The notes: generated by a model from the letters alone, not told the origin. A stretch of 64,000 nucleotides of DNA from Bacillales bacterium (GCA_035700025.1 DASSOY010000072.1:80771-144770), one strand, 5' to 3'; shown: positions 1 through 10,769, counted from the stretch's first letter. Made by a program: numbers and translations.

Positions 1-2
1 TG

Positions 3-101
3 GAAGACTTTGATTATTTCATCGAGTTAAGAAACCATCGCGATGAAGAAATTAATTACGATATGGTCGACAATAGTTTTTCCTCGTACGATTTTGATTA
101 A
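3..101 (+). CDS. 3' end of an upstream gene entering the window; product unknown
   Basis: The frame is open from the window edge and reads EDFDYFIELRNHRDEEINYDMVDNSFSSYDFD, with TAA at 99-101, 16 nt before the rodZ ATG. No family recognised. Confidence 0.3.
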   Translation, partial: EDFDYFIELRNHRDEEINYDMVDNSFSSYDFD

Positions 102-117
102 CGGGCAGGTGATAAAC

Positions 118-1020
118 ATGAGCGAATTGGGCGACGTTTTGCGTTCGACGCGCGAAGAGAAGGAAATTACGCTCGAACAACTGCAAGCTTCGACGAAAAT
201 TCAAAAACGCTATTTGCAGGCAGTAGAGGACGGGAACTACTCGATGCTTCCCGGAAATTTTTATGCCCGTGCATTTATTCGAAGTTATGCCGAAGCCGTC
301 GGTCTCGATCCGCGGAATTTGTTTGAACAATTCAACGCAGATATTCCGAAAACGTCAGAACAACCGGAGACTTTGCCTTCGCGTTCGCAGCGAAGTGAGC
401 GAAGAACGGGGTCTACGGAACCTTCGAAGTGGGCTTCCTTGTTTCCAAAGCTTCTTGTCGCTTTGCTCGTCATCGGAGTCCTGTTTGCCATTTGGGCCGC
501 GTACCAACATTCAACCGTCGAACCGGAAGCAGGCACGGCGGACAAAATGAATGATTCCGACATCGAGTTTTCCGAAAACCTCGATGCGACGAAGGAAGCG
601 GACGATTCCAAAGACAACGGCGTCGATCAAGAGGCAAAGCCAAATGAAGAGGAAGATGAACAGACTCCTTCCGAAAAACAATCAAGTTTTTCACTCGTGA
701 AGACAGGTGTAACAAACGGTATTGCCGAATATACCTTGAAAAACGCGGACGAATTCGTGTTGAAACTCAAGGTCGTCGACGGAGCGAGCTGGGTTGAAAT
801 TCGCAAAGACGACGCGAACGGGGAAAAGCTCGAATGGGACACGTTCAAAGCTGGGAAAACGATTACACATGATTTAAGCGGCGCGGAGCGGATTTTCGTA
901 AAAATCGGCAGTTCGCCTCACGTGAAATTATCGATCAACGGGAAACCGTTCGAATTACCGAGCGACGCAATCGTGCAGAAATTGTTATTCACCTATGAAC
1001 GACCCGACGAAGTTTCCTAA
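118..1020 (+). CDS. rodZ: Cell-shape protein RodZ (YmfM-like): HTH, single TM segment, C-terminal beta domain
   Basis: ATG 118 is in frame with ORF 43..1020. MSELGDVLRSTREEKEITLEQLQASTKIQKRYLQAVEDGNY is an XRE-type HTH. TM segment LFPKLLVALLVIGVLFAIWAAY is followed by an acidic linker. The gene lies upstream of pgsA-cinA-recA, as ymfM does in B. subtilis. Confidence 0.85.
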   Translation: MSELGDVLRSTREEKEITLEQLQASTKIQKRYLQAVEDGNYSMLPGNFYARAFIRSYAEAVGLDPRNLFEQFNADIPKTSEQPETLPSRSQRSERRTGSTEPSKWASLFPKLLVALLVIGVLFAIWAAYQHSTVEPEAGTADKMNDSDIEFSENLDATKEADDSKDNGVDQEAKPNEEEDEQTPSEKQSSFSLVKTGVTNGIAEYTLKNADEFVLKLKVVDGASWVEIRKDDANGEKLEWDTFKAGKTITHDLSGAERIFVKIGSSPHVKLSINGKPFELPSDAIVQKLLFTYERPDEVS

Positions 1021-1035
1021 TCAATGGGGGACGTT

Positions 1036-1611
1036 ATGTGGAATTTACCGAATCAAATCACGCTTTCTCGCATTGCTTTAATTCCGATATTCATGATTCT
1101 TATGCTTGTTCCGTGGAATTGGGGGAGCGTCGCTTTCGCCGGCGTACACATGCCGGCTGCCGATCTCACGGCTGCCTTAATCTTCATCGTTGCCTCGTGC
1201 ACGGATTGGCTTGACGGCTATTATGCAAGGAAATTAAATCTCGTCAGCGACTTCGGCAAATTCGTCGATCCGCTTGCCGATAAACTGCTGATCACCGCCG
1301 CATTTGTTGCACTCGTCGCGATGAATGCCGTGCCGGCGTGGGCGGTCATTATTATTCTTGCGCGTGAATTCGCGGTTTCCGGCTTACGGCAGATTGCCGC
1401 CGCCAACGGTGACGTAATCGCTGCCAGCGGCTTAGCCAAATGGAAGACGACGACCCAAATCGTCGCCGTTGCCGCGTTACTTTTACATAATGCGTTTTTT
1501 GCCTATTTTTCGTTTCCGTTTGCTTCCTTATGTTTTTGGTTGGCCGTCGTCATGACGGTTCTTTCCGGATGGGATTATTTTTACCGGAACAGATCGATCA
1601 TTTTTAAATGA
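1036..1611 (+). CDS. pgsA: CDP-diacylglycerol--glycerol-3-phosphate 3-phosphatidyltransferase
   Basis: [19 protein letters not shown] matches the B. subtilis PgsA N-terminus. CDP-alcohol phosphatidyltransferase motif [27 protein letters not shown] is present. A GGGGG run lies 5 nt before ATG 1036; ATG 1024 is an alternative start. Confidence 0.9.
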   Translation: MWNLPNQITLSRIALIPIFMILMLVPWNWGSVAFAGVHMPAADLTAALIFIVASCTDWLDGYYARKLNLVSDFGKFVDPLADKLLITAAFVALVAMNAVPAWAVIIILAREFAVSGLRQIAAANGDVIAASGLAKWKTTTQIVAVAALLLHNAFFAYFSFPFASLCFWLAVVMTVLSGWDYFYRNRSIIFK

Positions 1612-2876
1612 AAGCGAGGATCGGCATGGACGCTGAAATCATTGCGGTCGGTTCGGAGTTGCTGCTTGGCCAAATTGTCAACACGAATGCGCAATTTTTA
1701 TCAAAAGAACTTGCTGAATTAGGCATTAATGTGTATTACCATACCGTCGTCGGTGACAACCGTGATCGATTGCGCAACGCCATCACTCACGCGCAAAACC
1801 GTGCCGATTTAATCATTTTTTCCGGCGGTCTTGGTCCGACGAAAGACGATCTTACGAAAGAAACGATCGCCGAATGTTTAGGTCGAAACCTCGTTTACGA
1901 TTCATTGGCGATGGATCAGATCACGAAATATTTTGAAAAGACGAAGCGGCCGATGACGGAAAACAACAAAAAGCAGGCGCTCGTCCTTGAAAACGCCGAA
2001 GTGTTGGCGAATGATCACGGTATGGCTCCCGGCATGGCTCTCCATGTTGATGATAAAACGTACATGTTGTTTCCCGGACCTCCGAGAGAACTGCAACCGA
2101 TGTATGCGAATTACGGGAAACCTTACTTGATGAGAAAGTTGCAAAAAAGAGAAAGGATTACCTCGCGAGTTTTGCGGTTTTTCGGAATCGGAGAATCGAA
2201 ACTTGAAACAGAAATTCTTGATTTGATCGACAGCCAGACGAACCCGACGATCGCCCCGTTGGCTGGTTTCGGCGAAGTCATCCTCCGGCTTACTGCGAAA
2301 AGCCCCTCCTCCGAAGATAACCTCCAATCGCTCGATGCTCTCGAACAGAAAATTATGCGTCGTGTCGGCCGGTTTTTCTACGGCTATGACGACACGAGCC
2401 TTGACAACGAGGTATTCCGAATGTTGAAAAATCGCGGTCTTACGCTTGCTTGCGCAGAAAGTTTGACCGGCGGTTGGTTTGCAAAAACGCTCACCGATAG
2501 ACCGGGAGCTTCCGGTGTGTTGAACGGGGGGGTGGTTGGTTACACGAATCAAGCGAAAGAACATCTGCTTCACATTCCTCGCTCCGTTCTCGACAACGAA
2601 GGTGCTGTAAGCGAAACTTGTGCAAAATTGATGGCGGAAACCTGCATAAACCTTTTCCATGCAGACGTCGGCATCTCGTTTACAGGAGTGGCTGGACCCG
2701 ATGCGAGCGAAGGAAAAGAACCGGGGATCGTCTATGTGGCGATAGCTGAAAGCGGCAAGCGGACACAAGTCCATTCGTTGTTGCTTGCAGGCAACCGAAA
2801 CCGGATACGAAACTTGGCCGTGAAGCACGGATTCTTTTACTTGCTGAAACATTTGCAACACGAAAAATCCGAATGA
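1608..2876 (+). CDS. cinA: Competence/damage-inducible protein CinA (MoCF-binding plus nicotinamide-nucleotide amidase domains)
   Basis: [43 protein letters not shown] and [15 protein letters not shown] are close to B. subtilis CinA. ATGA overlap with the pgsA stop. ATG 1626, with GAGGA upstream, is an alternative start. Confidence 0.9.
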   Translation: MKARIGMDAEIIAVGSELLLGQIVNTNAQFLSKELAELGINVYYHTVVGDNRDRLRNAITHAQNRADLIIFSGGLGPTKDDLTKETIAECLGRNLVYDSLAMDQITKYFEKTKRPMTENNKKQALVLENAEVLANDHGMAPGMALHVDDKTYMLFPGPPRELQPMYANYGKPYLMRKLQKRERITSRVLRFFGIGESKLETEILDLIDSQTNPTIAPLAGFGEVILRLTAKSPSSEDNLQSLDALEQKIMRRVGRFFYGYDDTSLDNEVFRMLKNRGLTLACAESLTGGWFAKTLTDRPGASGVLNGGVVGYTNQAKEHLLHIPRSVLDNEGAVSETCAKLMAETCINLFHADVGISFTGVAGPDASEGKEPGIVYVAIAESGKRTQVHSLLLAGNRNRIRNLAVKHGFFYLLKHLQHEKSE

Positions 2877-2883
2877 ATGTTCG
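2870..2883. promoter_or_regulatory. LexA (Cheo/SOS) box upstream of recA
   Basis: CGAATGAATGTTCG versus consensus CGAACnnnnGTTCG, one mismatch. It overlaps the cinA TGA and lies just upstream of the recA -35. Confidence 0.7.
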
Positions 2884-2892
2884 ATAAAATGG

Positions 2893-2921
2893 TTGGCAAA
2901 TGAAGAAAAACGGTCTATGAT
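2893..2921 (+). promoter_or_regulatory. Sigma-A type promoter of recA
   Basis: TTGGCA (2893-2898), 17 nt spacer, TATGAT (2916-2921), about 50 nt before the recA ATG. Confidence 0.55.
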
Positions 2922-2972
2922 AGAGGTAGAAATCGCGTAAAGACGTGGACCAAAAATGAGGAGTGACAAGCA

Positions 2973-4001
2973 ATGAGTGATCGTAAAGCAGCGTTGGATC
3001 AAGCTTTGAATAAAATTGAGAAACAGTTCGGAAAAGGGTCGATCATGAAGCTCGGAGAACAGGCGGACCGCCGCGTATCAGCCATTTCGAGCGGCTCTCT
3101 TACGCTTGACGTGGCGCTCGGTGTCGGCGGATATCCGCGCGGACGCATCGTCGAGATTTACGGGCCGGAATCATCAGGGAAAACGACGGTCGCCTTGCAT
3201 GCGATCGCTGAAGTGCAAAAGAACGGCGGGCAAGCGGCATTTATTGACGCGGAACATGCGCTCGATCCCGTTTATGCGGAGAAGTTAGGCGTCGACACGA
3301 ATGAATTGCTGCTCTCGCAGCCGGATACCGGCGAGCAAGCGCTCGAAATTGCCGAAGCGTTGGTGCGGAGCGGAGCCGTTGACATCATTGTCGTCGACTC
3401 GGTTGCAGCGCTCGTGCCGCGGGCGGAAATCGAAGGAGAAATGGGCGATTCGCACGTCGGTCTGCAGGCGCGGCTTATGTCGCAGGCGCTTAGGAAACTG
3501 TCCGGCGCGATCAGCAAGTCAAATACGATTGCGATGTTCATCAACCAAATTCGCGAAAAAGTCGGCGTTATGTTCGGGAATCCGGAAACGACGCCAGGGG
3601 GACGAGCCTTGAAGTTTTACTCGTCGGTGCGGCTTGAAGTGCGCCGTGCGGAAACGTTGAAACAAGGCGATGAAATGGTCGGCAGCCGTACACGAATCAA
3701 AATTGTGAAAAACAAAGTGGCGCCGCCGTTCAAAAAATGCGAGGTCGACATCATGTATGGTGAAGGCATTTCCAAAGAAGGCGAAATGCTTGATATTGGG
3801 GCGGCTGAGGATATCGTTCAAAAAAGCGGAGCCTGGTATTCCTATGATGGCGAGCGGCTCGGCCAAGGAAGAGAAAACGCAAAGCAATATTTAAAGGAAA
3901 ATGGAGAAATCGCCGAACAAATTCGCAAGCAAATCCGGCAACATTATCATCTGGAAACGCCGGTACAAGAAGAACCCGCACAGGAAGATCCAGTTTCATG
4001 A
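2973..4001 (+). CDS. recA: Recombinase RecA
   Basis: Walker [23 protein letters not shown] and [28 protein letters not shown]; RBS GAGGAG. Confidence 0.97.
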   Translation: MSDRKAALDQALNKIEKQFGKGSIMKLGEQADRRVSAISSGSLTLDVALGVGGYPRGRIVEIYGPESSGKTTVALHAIAEVQKNGGQAAFIDAEHALDPVYAEKLGVDTNELLLSQPDTGEQALEIAEALVRSGAVDIIVVDSVAALVPRAEIEGEMGDSHVGLQARLMSQALRKLSGAISKSNTIAMFINQIREKVGVMFGNPETTPGGRALKFYSSVRLEVRRAETLKQGDEMVGSRTRIKIVKNKVAPPFKKCEVDIMYGEGISKEGEMLDIGAAEDIVQKSGAWYSYDGERLGQGRENAKQYLKENGEIAEQIRKQIRQHYHLETPVQEEPAQEDPVS

Positions 4002-4004
4002 GCG

Positions 4005-4034
4005 AAAAACACCCGCAAGGGTGTTTTTCTTTTG
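4005..4034 (+). terminator. Rho-independent terminator of recA
   Basis: AAAAACACCC-GCAA-GGGTGTTTTT followed by CTTTTG. Confidence 0.8.
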
Positions 4035-4212
4035 CCGCAAAGTCTCTTGCCTTGTCTTGACATTGACCGACCGGAAAGCTTACAATTAAATCGTATATTT
4101 TTGATTTCATTTGAAATTAAAAGTTTACTTTATTCAGTGCTGTATATGAAAGATTGCAGTTACAAAGGTACAGTTGGAAATGCAACCGCAGATAGCAAGA
4201 GGAGGTGACAGT

Positions 4213-5778
4213 ATGGCTGGTATGTCTGTTCTCATCTCCACTTTGCTTGTCTCGTTAGTTGTCGGTGTGCTGGTTGGATACTTTATAAGAAGATCCATTG
4301 CTGAAGCGAAATTGTCCAGTGCGGAACATGCAGCGCAACAGATAATTGAAGAAGGAAAGCGCGCGGCTGATGCAGCCAAGAAGGAAGCGCTTCTGGAGGC
4401 GAAAGACGAAATTCATACGCTTCGGACGGAAGCCGAGAATGAAATTCGTGAACGCAGAGCGGAACTTCAAAAACAGGAGAATCGTCTTGTTCAAAAGGAA
4501 GAGATTCTTGATCGAAGAAGCGAAACCTTGGACAAGAAGGAAGAAACGGTCGACAAGAAGGAGGATTCTCTGGCCAAAAAAGAACGACAAATTGAAGAGA
4601 TGAAAAGCAAAGTGGAACAAATGATGCAGAAGCAGGAAAACGAGCTTGTGCGAATTTCCAGTTTGACGAAAGAAGAAGCACGCGAGATTATTTTTGAACA
4701 AGTTCGCCGGGAAACTGAACATGAAACGGCGATGATGGCCAAGGAAATCGAGTCGCGTGCGAAAGAGGACGCCGACAAGAAAGCGAGAGGGATTTTGTCG
4801 ACGGCATTGCAACGCTGTGCTGCCGATCATGTAGCGGAAACGACCGTTTCCGTCGTCAACTTGCCGAATGATGAGATGAAGGGCCGCATTATTGGCCGCG
4901 AAGGTCGCAACATTCGCACGTTGGAAACATTGACAGGCATTGACCTGATTATTGACGACACGCCCGAAGCCGTCATTCTGTCCGGATTTGACCCGATCCG
5001 CCGCGAGATTGCGCGCGTTTCGTTAGAGAAACTCGTCCAGGACGGACGGATTCATCCGGCGAGAATTGAGGAGACGGTGGAACGTTCCCGCCGCGAAGTG
5101 GATGAAGCCATTCGCGAGTATGGGGAGCAAACGACGTTTGAGGTCGGCATCCACGGACTTCATCCGGACTTGATGAAAATATTGGGACGGTTGAAATTTC
5201 GTACAAGCTACGGCCAAAACGTGTTGAAACATTCGATGGAAGTCGCTTATCTGACTGGATTAATGGCGGCCGAACTCGGCGAAGACGAGCAGTTGGCGCG
5301 CCGCGCCGGTCTTCTGCACGATATCGGGAAAGCCATTGATCATGAAGTGGAAGGCAGCCATGTCGAAATCGGCGTTGAACTTGCCACGAAGTACAAAGAA
5401 CATCCGGTCGTCATCAACAGTATTGCCTCGCACCATGGCGACACGGAATCGACGTCGGTGATCTCGACGCTTGTTGCCGCGGCAGATGCTTTGTCGGCCG
5501 CGCGTCCGGGAGCGAGAAGAGAAACGCTGGAGACGTACATTCGCCGTCTCGAAAAGCTTGAAGAAATCTCGGAATCGTTCGAAGGCGTCGAGAAATCGTT
5601 CGCGATTCAAGCCGGCCGTGAAATTCGCATCATGGTGCAGCCGGATAAGGTCGACGACACGGAATCTTATCGTCTCGCCCGCGAAATTACAAAGAAAATC
5701 GAGAACGAATTGAATTATCCGGGTCATATCAAAATCACGGTCATTCGTGAAACGAGGGCCGTCGAATATGCTAAATAA
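4213..5778 (+). CDS. rny: Ribonuclease Y (TM anchor, coiled coil, KH and HD domains)
   Basis: ATG 4213 follows GGAGGTG by 5 nt. The N-terminal TM segment is followed by a Lys/Glu-rich coiled coil. KH region [15 protein letters not shown] and HD motif LLHDIGKA are present. Confidence 0.93.
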   Translation: MAGMSVLISTLLVSLVVGVLVGYFIRRSIAEAKLSSAEHAAQQIIEEGKRAADAAKKEALLEAKDEIHTLRTEAENEIRERRAELQKQENRLVQKEEILDRRSETLDKKEETVDKKEDSLAKKERQIEEMKSKVEQMMQKQENELVRISSLTKEEAREIIFEQVRRETEHETAMMAKEIESRAKEDADKKARGILSTALQRCAADHVAETTVSVVNLPNDEMKGRIIGREGRNIRTLETLTGIDLIIDDTPEAVILSGFDPIRREIARVSLEKLVQDGRIHPARIEETVERSRREVDEAIREYGEQTTFEVGIHGLHPDLMKILGRLKFRTSYGQNVLKHSMEVAYLTGLMAAELGEDEQLARRAGLLHDIGKAIDHEVEGSHVEIGVELATKYKEHPVVINSIASHHGDTESTSVISTLVAAADALSAARPGARRETLETYIRRLEKLEEISESFEGVEKSFAIQAGREIRIMVQPDKVDDTESYRLAREITKKIENELNYPGHIKITVIRETRAVEYAK

Positions 5779-5807
5779 AGTGGTTGATCGACCACTTTAT
5801 TTTTTTT
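5775..5807 (+). terminator. Rho-independent terminator of rny
   Basis: Perfect 10 bp stem ATAAAGTGGT/ACCACTTTAT with loop TGATCG and a T7 run. The rny TAA lies in the 5' arm. Confidence 0.85.
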
Positions 5808-5850
5808 GGTACAATAAACATAAACCATTCATGAATGTTAGGAGATTTCG

Positions 5851-6645
5851 ATGAAAGTATTATTTATCGGCGACGTCGTCGGACGTCCGGGAAGAAGAAT
5901 CTTAGATGATTATTTGCCGAAACTGAAACAGAAATATCAACCGACGTTGACGATCGTCAACGGTGAAAATGCTGCGGGCGGGAAAGGCATCACTGAAACC
6001 ATTTATAAAAAATTTCTCGATCTCGGTGCGCAAGTCGTCACGCTTGGCAATCATGTGTGGGACAACCGTGAAGTTTTCGAATTTATTGACGATGCTCCGT
6101 GGCTGATCCGACCTGCCAATTTCCCTTCCGGTACCCCGGGGAAAGGCTTAACCTTCGTCAAAATTAACGATGTTCAAGTTGCCGTCGTTAATTTGCAAGG
6201 AAGGACGTTCATGGCGCCGCTTGAATCCCCCTTCACGACGGCTGATGCGCTCATTGAGCAAGCCCGCAAGAAAACGCCGATTGTCATCGTCGATTTTCAC
6301 GCCGAAACGACGAGCGAGAAACAAGCGCTCGGTTGGTATTTAGACGGCCGCGTTACGGCGGTGATCGGTACGCATACGCACGTGCAAACGGCCGATGAAC
6401 GAATCCTTCCGAAAGGCACAGCTTATTTGTCCGATGCGGGAATGACGGGTCCGCGCGACGGCATTATCGGGATGGACCGCGACGCGGTCATGAAGAAATT
6501 CCTCACCCATTTGCCCGTGCGTTTTGAAGTGGCCTCCGGGAGGGAGCAGTTAAACGGTGTGTTGATCGAGGTTGATCGATCGTCCGGAACGGCAAAATCG
6601 ATTCAACGCATTGCGATTACCGATGAACAACCTTTTTTTGAATAA
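5851..6645 (+). CDS. ymdB: YmdB-family metallophosphoesterase (2',3'-cyclic-nucleotide 2'-phosphodiesterase)
   Basis: MKVLFIGDVVGRPGRR, NGENAAGGKGIT, DFHAETTSEK and GTHTHVQTADERILP. It lies directly after rny, as in B. subtilis. Confidence 0.9.
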   Translation: MKVLFIGDVVGRPGRRILDDYLPKLKQKYQPTLTIVNGENAAGGKGITETIYKKFLDLGAQVVTLGNHVWDNREVFEFIDDAPWLIRPANFPSGTPGKGLTFVKINDVQVAVVNLQGRTFMAPLESPFTTADALIEQARKKTPIVIVDFHAETTSEKQALGWYLDGRVTAVIGTHTHVQTADERILPKGTAYLSDAGMTGPRDGIIGMDRDAVMKKFLTHLPVRFEVASGREQLNGVLIEVDRSSGTAKSIQRIAITDEQPFFE

Positions 6646-6678
6646 TGTTAAACTATTAGAAACTTTTCCAAAATAAGC

Positions 6679-6704
6679 AGGAATACACGGGCTTGATGGC
6701 GAAT
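6679..6704 (+). promoter_or_regulatory. Possible sigma-H type promoter of spoVS
   Basis: AGGAAT (6679-6684), 15 nt spacer, CGAAT (6700-6704), resembling the AGGAwwT-N12-15-cGAAT pattern. B. subtilis spoVS is sigma-H dependent. Confidence 0.4.
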
Positions 6705-6754
6705 AGGGTTATAATGGCGTCATTATCTTTCTTTTCAAGGGAGGTACCCGAGAA

Positions 6755-7015
6755 GTGGAAGTATTAAAAGTTTCAGCAAAATCGAGCCCTAATTCCGTAG
6801 CAGGTGCACTTGCCGGCGTTCTTCGCGAACGGGGCGGTGCCGAAATCCAGGCGATCGGCGCCGGCGCACTCAACCAAGCGGTAAAGGCAGTAGCGATTGC
6901 AAGAGGATTCGTCGCCCCGAGCGGAGTGGACCTCATTTGTATTCCTGCGTTTACAGACATCATCATCGACGGAGAAGAACGAACGGCCATAAAGCTGATT
7001 GTCGAACCGAGATAA
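6755..7015 (+). CDS. spoVS: Stage V sporulation protein S
   Basis: MEVLKVSAKSSPNSVAGALAGVLRERGGAEIQAIGAGALNQAVKAVAIARGF is nearly invariant SpoVS sequence. GTG start, with GGGAGG upstream. Confidence 0.93.
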   Translation: MEVLKVSAKSSPNSVAGALAGVLRERGGAEIQAIGAGALNQAVKAVAIARGFVAPSGVDLICIPAFTDIIIDGEERTAIKLIVEPR

Positions 7016-7025
7016 GAACGAACCG

Positions 7026-7056
7026 ACCTGTTTGGGCGACCGAACAGGTTTTTTTG
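7026..7056 (+). terminator. Rho-independent terminator of spoVS
   Basis: ACCTGTTTGG-GCGA-CCGAACAGGT followed by T7. Confidence 0.8.
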
Positions 7057-7074
7057 TTGAAGGAGAGGGTAAGG

Positions 7075-7995
7075 ATGAAATTATTCGATGCTCATTGTGA
7101 CGTCCTGTTGCATATGTGGAGGGACGAACATCTTGATTTCGCCGACAACGCATTGCATATCGATATGCGGAGATTGACGATAGCCGGCGCGAAAGTGCAA
7201 TGTTTTGCGATTTTCGTTCCGGAGACCGTGCCGGTTTCCGGGAAATTCGAGACTGCGGTGCAAATGGCTGATATTTTTCATGAACGCATTTTGGGACGTT
7301 TTCCCAACATGAAGCATATACGTACAAAAAAAGACATCGAAGCTCTCGGCGACGATGAAATTGGTGCGATGCTGACCCTTGAAGGATGCGACGCCGTCGA
7401 CGTTGATTTGGCGAAGTTTCGAACGTTGTTCCGGCTTGGCGTTGTTTCCGTCGGGTTAACGTGGAATCATGCAAACGCGTGCGCCGACGGCGTGAAAGAG
7501 CCGCGTCAAGGAGGGCTTACCGATTTTGGCAAACAAGTCGTCGAACTGAATAATCGCTTCCGTATTTGGACCGACGTTTCCCATTTGTCGGAAGCAGCGT
7601 TTTGGGACGTCATCGAGACTGCGGATTTTCCGATCGCTTCTCATTCGAATGCGAAATCCCTTTGCAGCCACCCAAGGAATTTAACCGATGCCCAAATCAA
7701 AGCGTTAATCCATAAAGACGGTTGCATCGGGATCGTGTTTGCGCCTCACTTTTTGCGCGACGATGAGCATGCTTCCATCGACGACGTGCTGCGTCATGTC
7801 GAATACGTATGTGAACTCGGCGGCGCTTCGCACCTCGGGTTCGGATCTGATTTTGACGGCATTGATCGCGTGCCGAAACAACTCGAACATTACGGGAAAT
7901 ACCCCGACTTGGTCGAAGCCTTGTTGAAGAGATACCCGGCAAGCGTGGTCGACGGTTTTTGTTTTCAGAATTTCGCAAATGCCTTCCCGCGTTAG
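7075..7995 (+). CDS. Membrane dipeptidase family (peptidase M19) protein
   Basis: ATG 7075 follows GAAGGAGAGGG. MKLFDAHCDVL, ASHSNA and GFGSDFDG are M19 metal-ligand motifs. The long ORF 6937.. is an upstream extension overlapping the spoVS terminator. Confidence 0.85.
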   Translation: MKLFDAHCDVLLHMWRDEHLDFADNALHIDMRRLTIAGAKVQCFAIFVPETVPVSGKFETAVQMADIFHERILGRFPNMKHIRTKKDIEALGDDEIGAMLTLEGCDAVDVDLAKFRTLFRLGVVSVGLTWNHANACADGVKEPRQGGLTDFGKQVVELNNRFRIWTDVSHLSEAAFWDVIETADFPIASHSNAKSLCSHPRNLTDAQIKALIHKDGCIGIVFAPHFLRDDEHASIDDVLRHVEYVCELGGASHLGFGSDFDGIDRVPKQLEHYGKYPDLVEALLKRYPASVVDGFCFQNFANAFPR

Positions 7996-8016
7996 GGTAG
8001 AAAGAGTTTGATCTAC

Positions 8017-8030
8017 TTGAAACATTTCAA
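8017..8030. promoter_or_regulatory. Perfect 6-2-6 palindrome abutting the korAB promoter (candidate operator)
   Basis: TTGAAA-CA-TTTCAA lies 6 nt upstream of the -35. It contains the TGAA-N4-TTCA core shared with Rex-type boxes, but the outer positions do not match. Confidence 0.3.
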
Positions 8031-8035
8031 AAGGG

Positions 8036-8064
8036 TTGAATATTGTGACGAAAAAGGCTATATT
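8036..8064 (+). promoter_or_regulatory. Sigma-A type promoter of korAB
   Basis: TTGAAT (8036-8041), 17 nt spacer, TATATT (8059-8064). Confidence 0.5.
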
Positions 8065-8123
8065 GAAATCGTTTAGGAGTATTTCTTTTGTTAGCGAAAT
8101 ATTCCGAAAAAAGGGGTGTGACG

Positions 8124-9878
8124 ATGGTTAATCAATTTTCTTGGAAAGTGGGCGGACAGCAAGGTGAAGGGATCGAAAGCACCGGGGAAATTTTCGCCTC
8201 CGCGTTGAACCGCTCAGGTTATTATTTGTACAGTTACCGTCATTTTTCTTCGCGAATTAAAGGCGGGCACACGAACAACAAAATTCGCGTAAGTACGACA
8301 CAAGTGCGTTCCATGTCGGATGATCTCGATTTGCTTGTCGCCTTTGATCAAGAAACGATTGATGTCAACGTCCATGAATTGAATGAAGGCGGCATTGTCT
8401 TAGCCGATGAAAAGGTGAAACCTCACGTTCCGGATGATTCCGGAGCACAGCTCTATTCGATACCGTTCACGAAAATCGCGACGGAACTTGGAACTTCGTT
8501 AATGAAAAATATGGTCGCGCTCGGAGCGTCGGCAGCCGCGCTTGGTTTGCCGCCTGACTTTTATGACGAAATCGTCGCAGAAATATTCGGCCGCAAAGGG
8601 CAAGCGGTCGTCGAAAAAAACCGTGAAGCGATTCGCCGCGGTGCGGAACACTTTCTCAAATTAGGCGGAAACCCGTTTCTTGAACTCGCAAAAGCCGACG
8701 GCAAGAAACGCATGTACATGATCGGCAACGACGCGATCGGTCTTGGCGCTTTAACCGCCGGGGTACGGTTCATGGCGGCTTATCCGATCACACCGGCGAG
8801 CGACATTATGGAATATTTGATTAAAAAACTGCCCGAGTTCGGCGGCACGGTCATTCAAACAGAGGATGAAATCGCTGCTTGCATGATGTGTATTGGTTCC
8901 AACTATGCTGGGACGAGGGCTTTTACAGCGTCCGCCGGTCCCGGGCTTTCCTTAATGATGGAGTCAATCGGGCTTGCCGGCATGACCGAAACACCGCTTG
9001 TCGTCGTCGATACACAGCGCGGCGGCCCGAGCACGGGGCTGCCGACGAAACAGGAACATTCGGATCTTTTGGCAATGATTCACGGCACGCACGGGGAAAT
9101 CCCGAAAATTGTTTTGGCTCCGAGCACGGTCGAGGAAGCTTTTTACGATATCGCGGAAGCTTTCAATCTCGCCGATCGCTATCAATGTCCAGTCATTTTC
9201 CTTTCCGACTTGCAATTGTCGCTCGGCAAACAAACCGTTGAACCGCTTGACTTGAAACGAATCAAGGTCGATCGCGGGCGCCTGCTGAAAGACGGAGAAC
9301 TTTCGGAACAAGAAGACAAGCAATATTTCAAACGGTACGAAACGACGGAAGACGGCATTTCTCCGCGCGTGTTGCCGGGAACGAAAAACGGCATTTTCCA
9401 CGCGACAGGCGTCGAGCATGATGAAACTGGAAAACCGTCGGAAAATGCGGAAAACCGAATTAAGCAAATGAATAAAAGGTTGCGCAAACTGCAAAATCTT
9501 TCTTACCCGGAAGCGATTTATCGGAACGCAAAACATCAGGAGGCCGATTTGCTCGTTGTCGGCATCAGTTCGAGTCGGGGAGCGATTGAAGAAGCGATTC
9601 CGCTATTGGAAGACGACGGCTGGAAGGTCAACCATGCCCACGTCCGTCTCGTTCATCCTTTCCCGGCCGATGAAATGAAAGCGTTGATGGACACAGCGAA
9701 ACGGATCGCGGTCGTGGAAAATAATGCAACGGGGCAATTGGCGTCCATCATCAAGACGAACGTTGGACAGGCTGAAAAAATCGAGAACGTCCTGAAATAC
9801 GACGGTACACCGTTTTTGCCGAAGGAACTTTATGGACAATTCAAGACAGTGTTGGACAAAAAAGCGGTTACGCAATAG
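8124..9878 (+). CDS. korA: 2-oxoacid (2-oxoglutarate):ferredoxin oxidoreductase, alpha subunit
   Basis: MVNQFSWKVGGQQGEGIESTGEIF, AAYPITPASDIMEY and GGPSTGLPTKQEHSDL are two-subunit OFOR alpha motifs. ATG 8124 follows AAAGGGGTG. Confidence 0.88.
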   Translation: MVNQFSWKVGGQQGEGIESTGEIFASALNRSGYYLYSYRHFSSRIKGGHTNNKIRVSTTQVRSMSDDLDLLVAFDQETIDVNVHELNEGGIVLADEKVKPHVPDDSGAQLYSIPFTKIATELGTSLMKNMVALGASAAALGLPPDFYDEIVAEIFGRKGQAVVEKNREAIRRGAEHFLKLGGNPFLELAKADGKKRMYMIGNDAIGLGALTAGVRFMAAYPITPASDIMEYLIKKLPEFGGTVIQTEDEIAACMMCIGSNYAGTRAFTASAGPGLSLMMESIGLAGMTETPLVVVDTQRGGPSTGLPTKQEHSDLLAMIHGTHGEIPKIVLAPSTVEEAFYDIAEAFNLADRYQCPVIFLSDLQLSLGKQTVEPLDLKRIKVDRGRLLKDGELSEQEDKQYFKRYETTEDGISPRVLPGTKNGIFHATGVEHDETGKPSENAENRIKQMNKRLRKLQNLSYPEAIYRNAKHQEADLLVVGISSSRGAIEEAIPLLEDDGWKVNHAHVRLVHPFPADEMKALMDTAKRIAVVENNATGQLASIIKTNVGQAEKIENVLKYDGTPFLPKELYGQFKTVLDKKAVTQ

Positions 9879-9893
9879 AGAGGAGCAATGAAC

Positions 9894-10760
9894 ATGGCAA
9901 CGGCAAAAGATTTTCGCAATACGGTGCGTCCGAATTGGTGCCCGGGATGCGGCGATTTTTCAGTACAAGCTTCCATTCAGCGTGCGGCCGCGAATCTCGG
10001 CCTCGAACCGGATGATATGGCTCTGATTTCCGGCATCGGATGTTCGGGACGCATTTCGGGTTACGTTAACACGTACGGTTTTCACGGTACGCACGGACGT
10101 GTGTTGCCGCTTGCGCAAGGCGTGAAGATGGCTAACCGGGACTTGACGGTCATCGCTGCAGGTGGAGACGGCGACGGTTTCGCGATTGGACTCGGCCACA
10201 CCCTTCATGCCATTCGTCGGAACATTGACATCACGTATATCGTCATGGACAACCAAGTATACGGGTTGACAAAAGGGCAAACGTCTCCTCGCAGCGAAGC
10301 AGGGTTTAAGACGAAGAGCACGCCCGAAGGCTCGGTGGAGTCGGCGATGTCTGTCATGGAAATGGCGTTAACCGCCGGCGGCTCGTTTATCGCCCAAGGG
10401 TTTTCCACGAACGTAAAAGAACTGACCGATTTAATTGAACGAGCGGTGCATCATAAAGGCTTTTCTTTCTTGAACGTATTCAGTCCGTGTGTCACTTATA
10501 ACAAAATCAACACGTACGATTGGTTTAAAGAAACGCTCGTCTCTTTAGATTCAGTCGAAAATTATGATCCGTCGAATCGCGTACAAGCAATGCAAACATT
10601 GATGGAGCACAACGGCTTTGTAACCGGAGTCATTTACCAGGATGAAAAACGCCCGTCTTACCAAGACGTCGCACACGGATACAGTAAGGAGCCGCTCATC
10701 GACGCTGATTTGTCGATCAACGAACGCAAGTTTGAGCAACTTTGTGCAGAATTCATGTAA
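9894..10760 (+). CDS. korB: 2-oxoacid (2-oxoglutarate):ferredoxin oxidoreductase, beta subunit (TPP-binding)
   Basis: WCPGCGDF, GIGCSGR and GGDGDGFAIGLGH (TPP motif). ATG 9894 is 8 nt after GAGGAG; ATG 9888 is an alternative start. Confidence 0.88.
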   Translation: MATAKDFRNTVRPNWCPGCGDFSVQASIQRAAANLGLEPDDMALISGIGCSGRISGYVNTYGFHGTHGRVLPLAQGVKMANRDLTVIAAGGDGDGFAIGLGHTLHAIRRNIDITYIVMDNQVYGLTKGQTSPRSEAGFKTKSTPEGSVESAMSVMEMALTAGGSFIAQGFSTNVKELTDLIERAVHHKGFSFLNVFSPCVTYNKINTYDWFKETLVSLDSVENYDPSNRVQAMQTLMEHNGFVTGVIYQDEKRPSYQDVAHGYSKEPLIDADLSINERKFEQLCAEFM

Positions 10761-10769
10761 CTTGATCGG

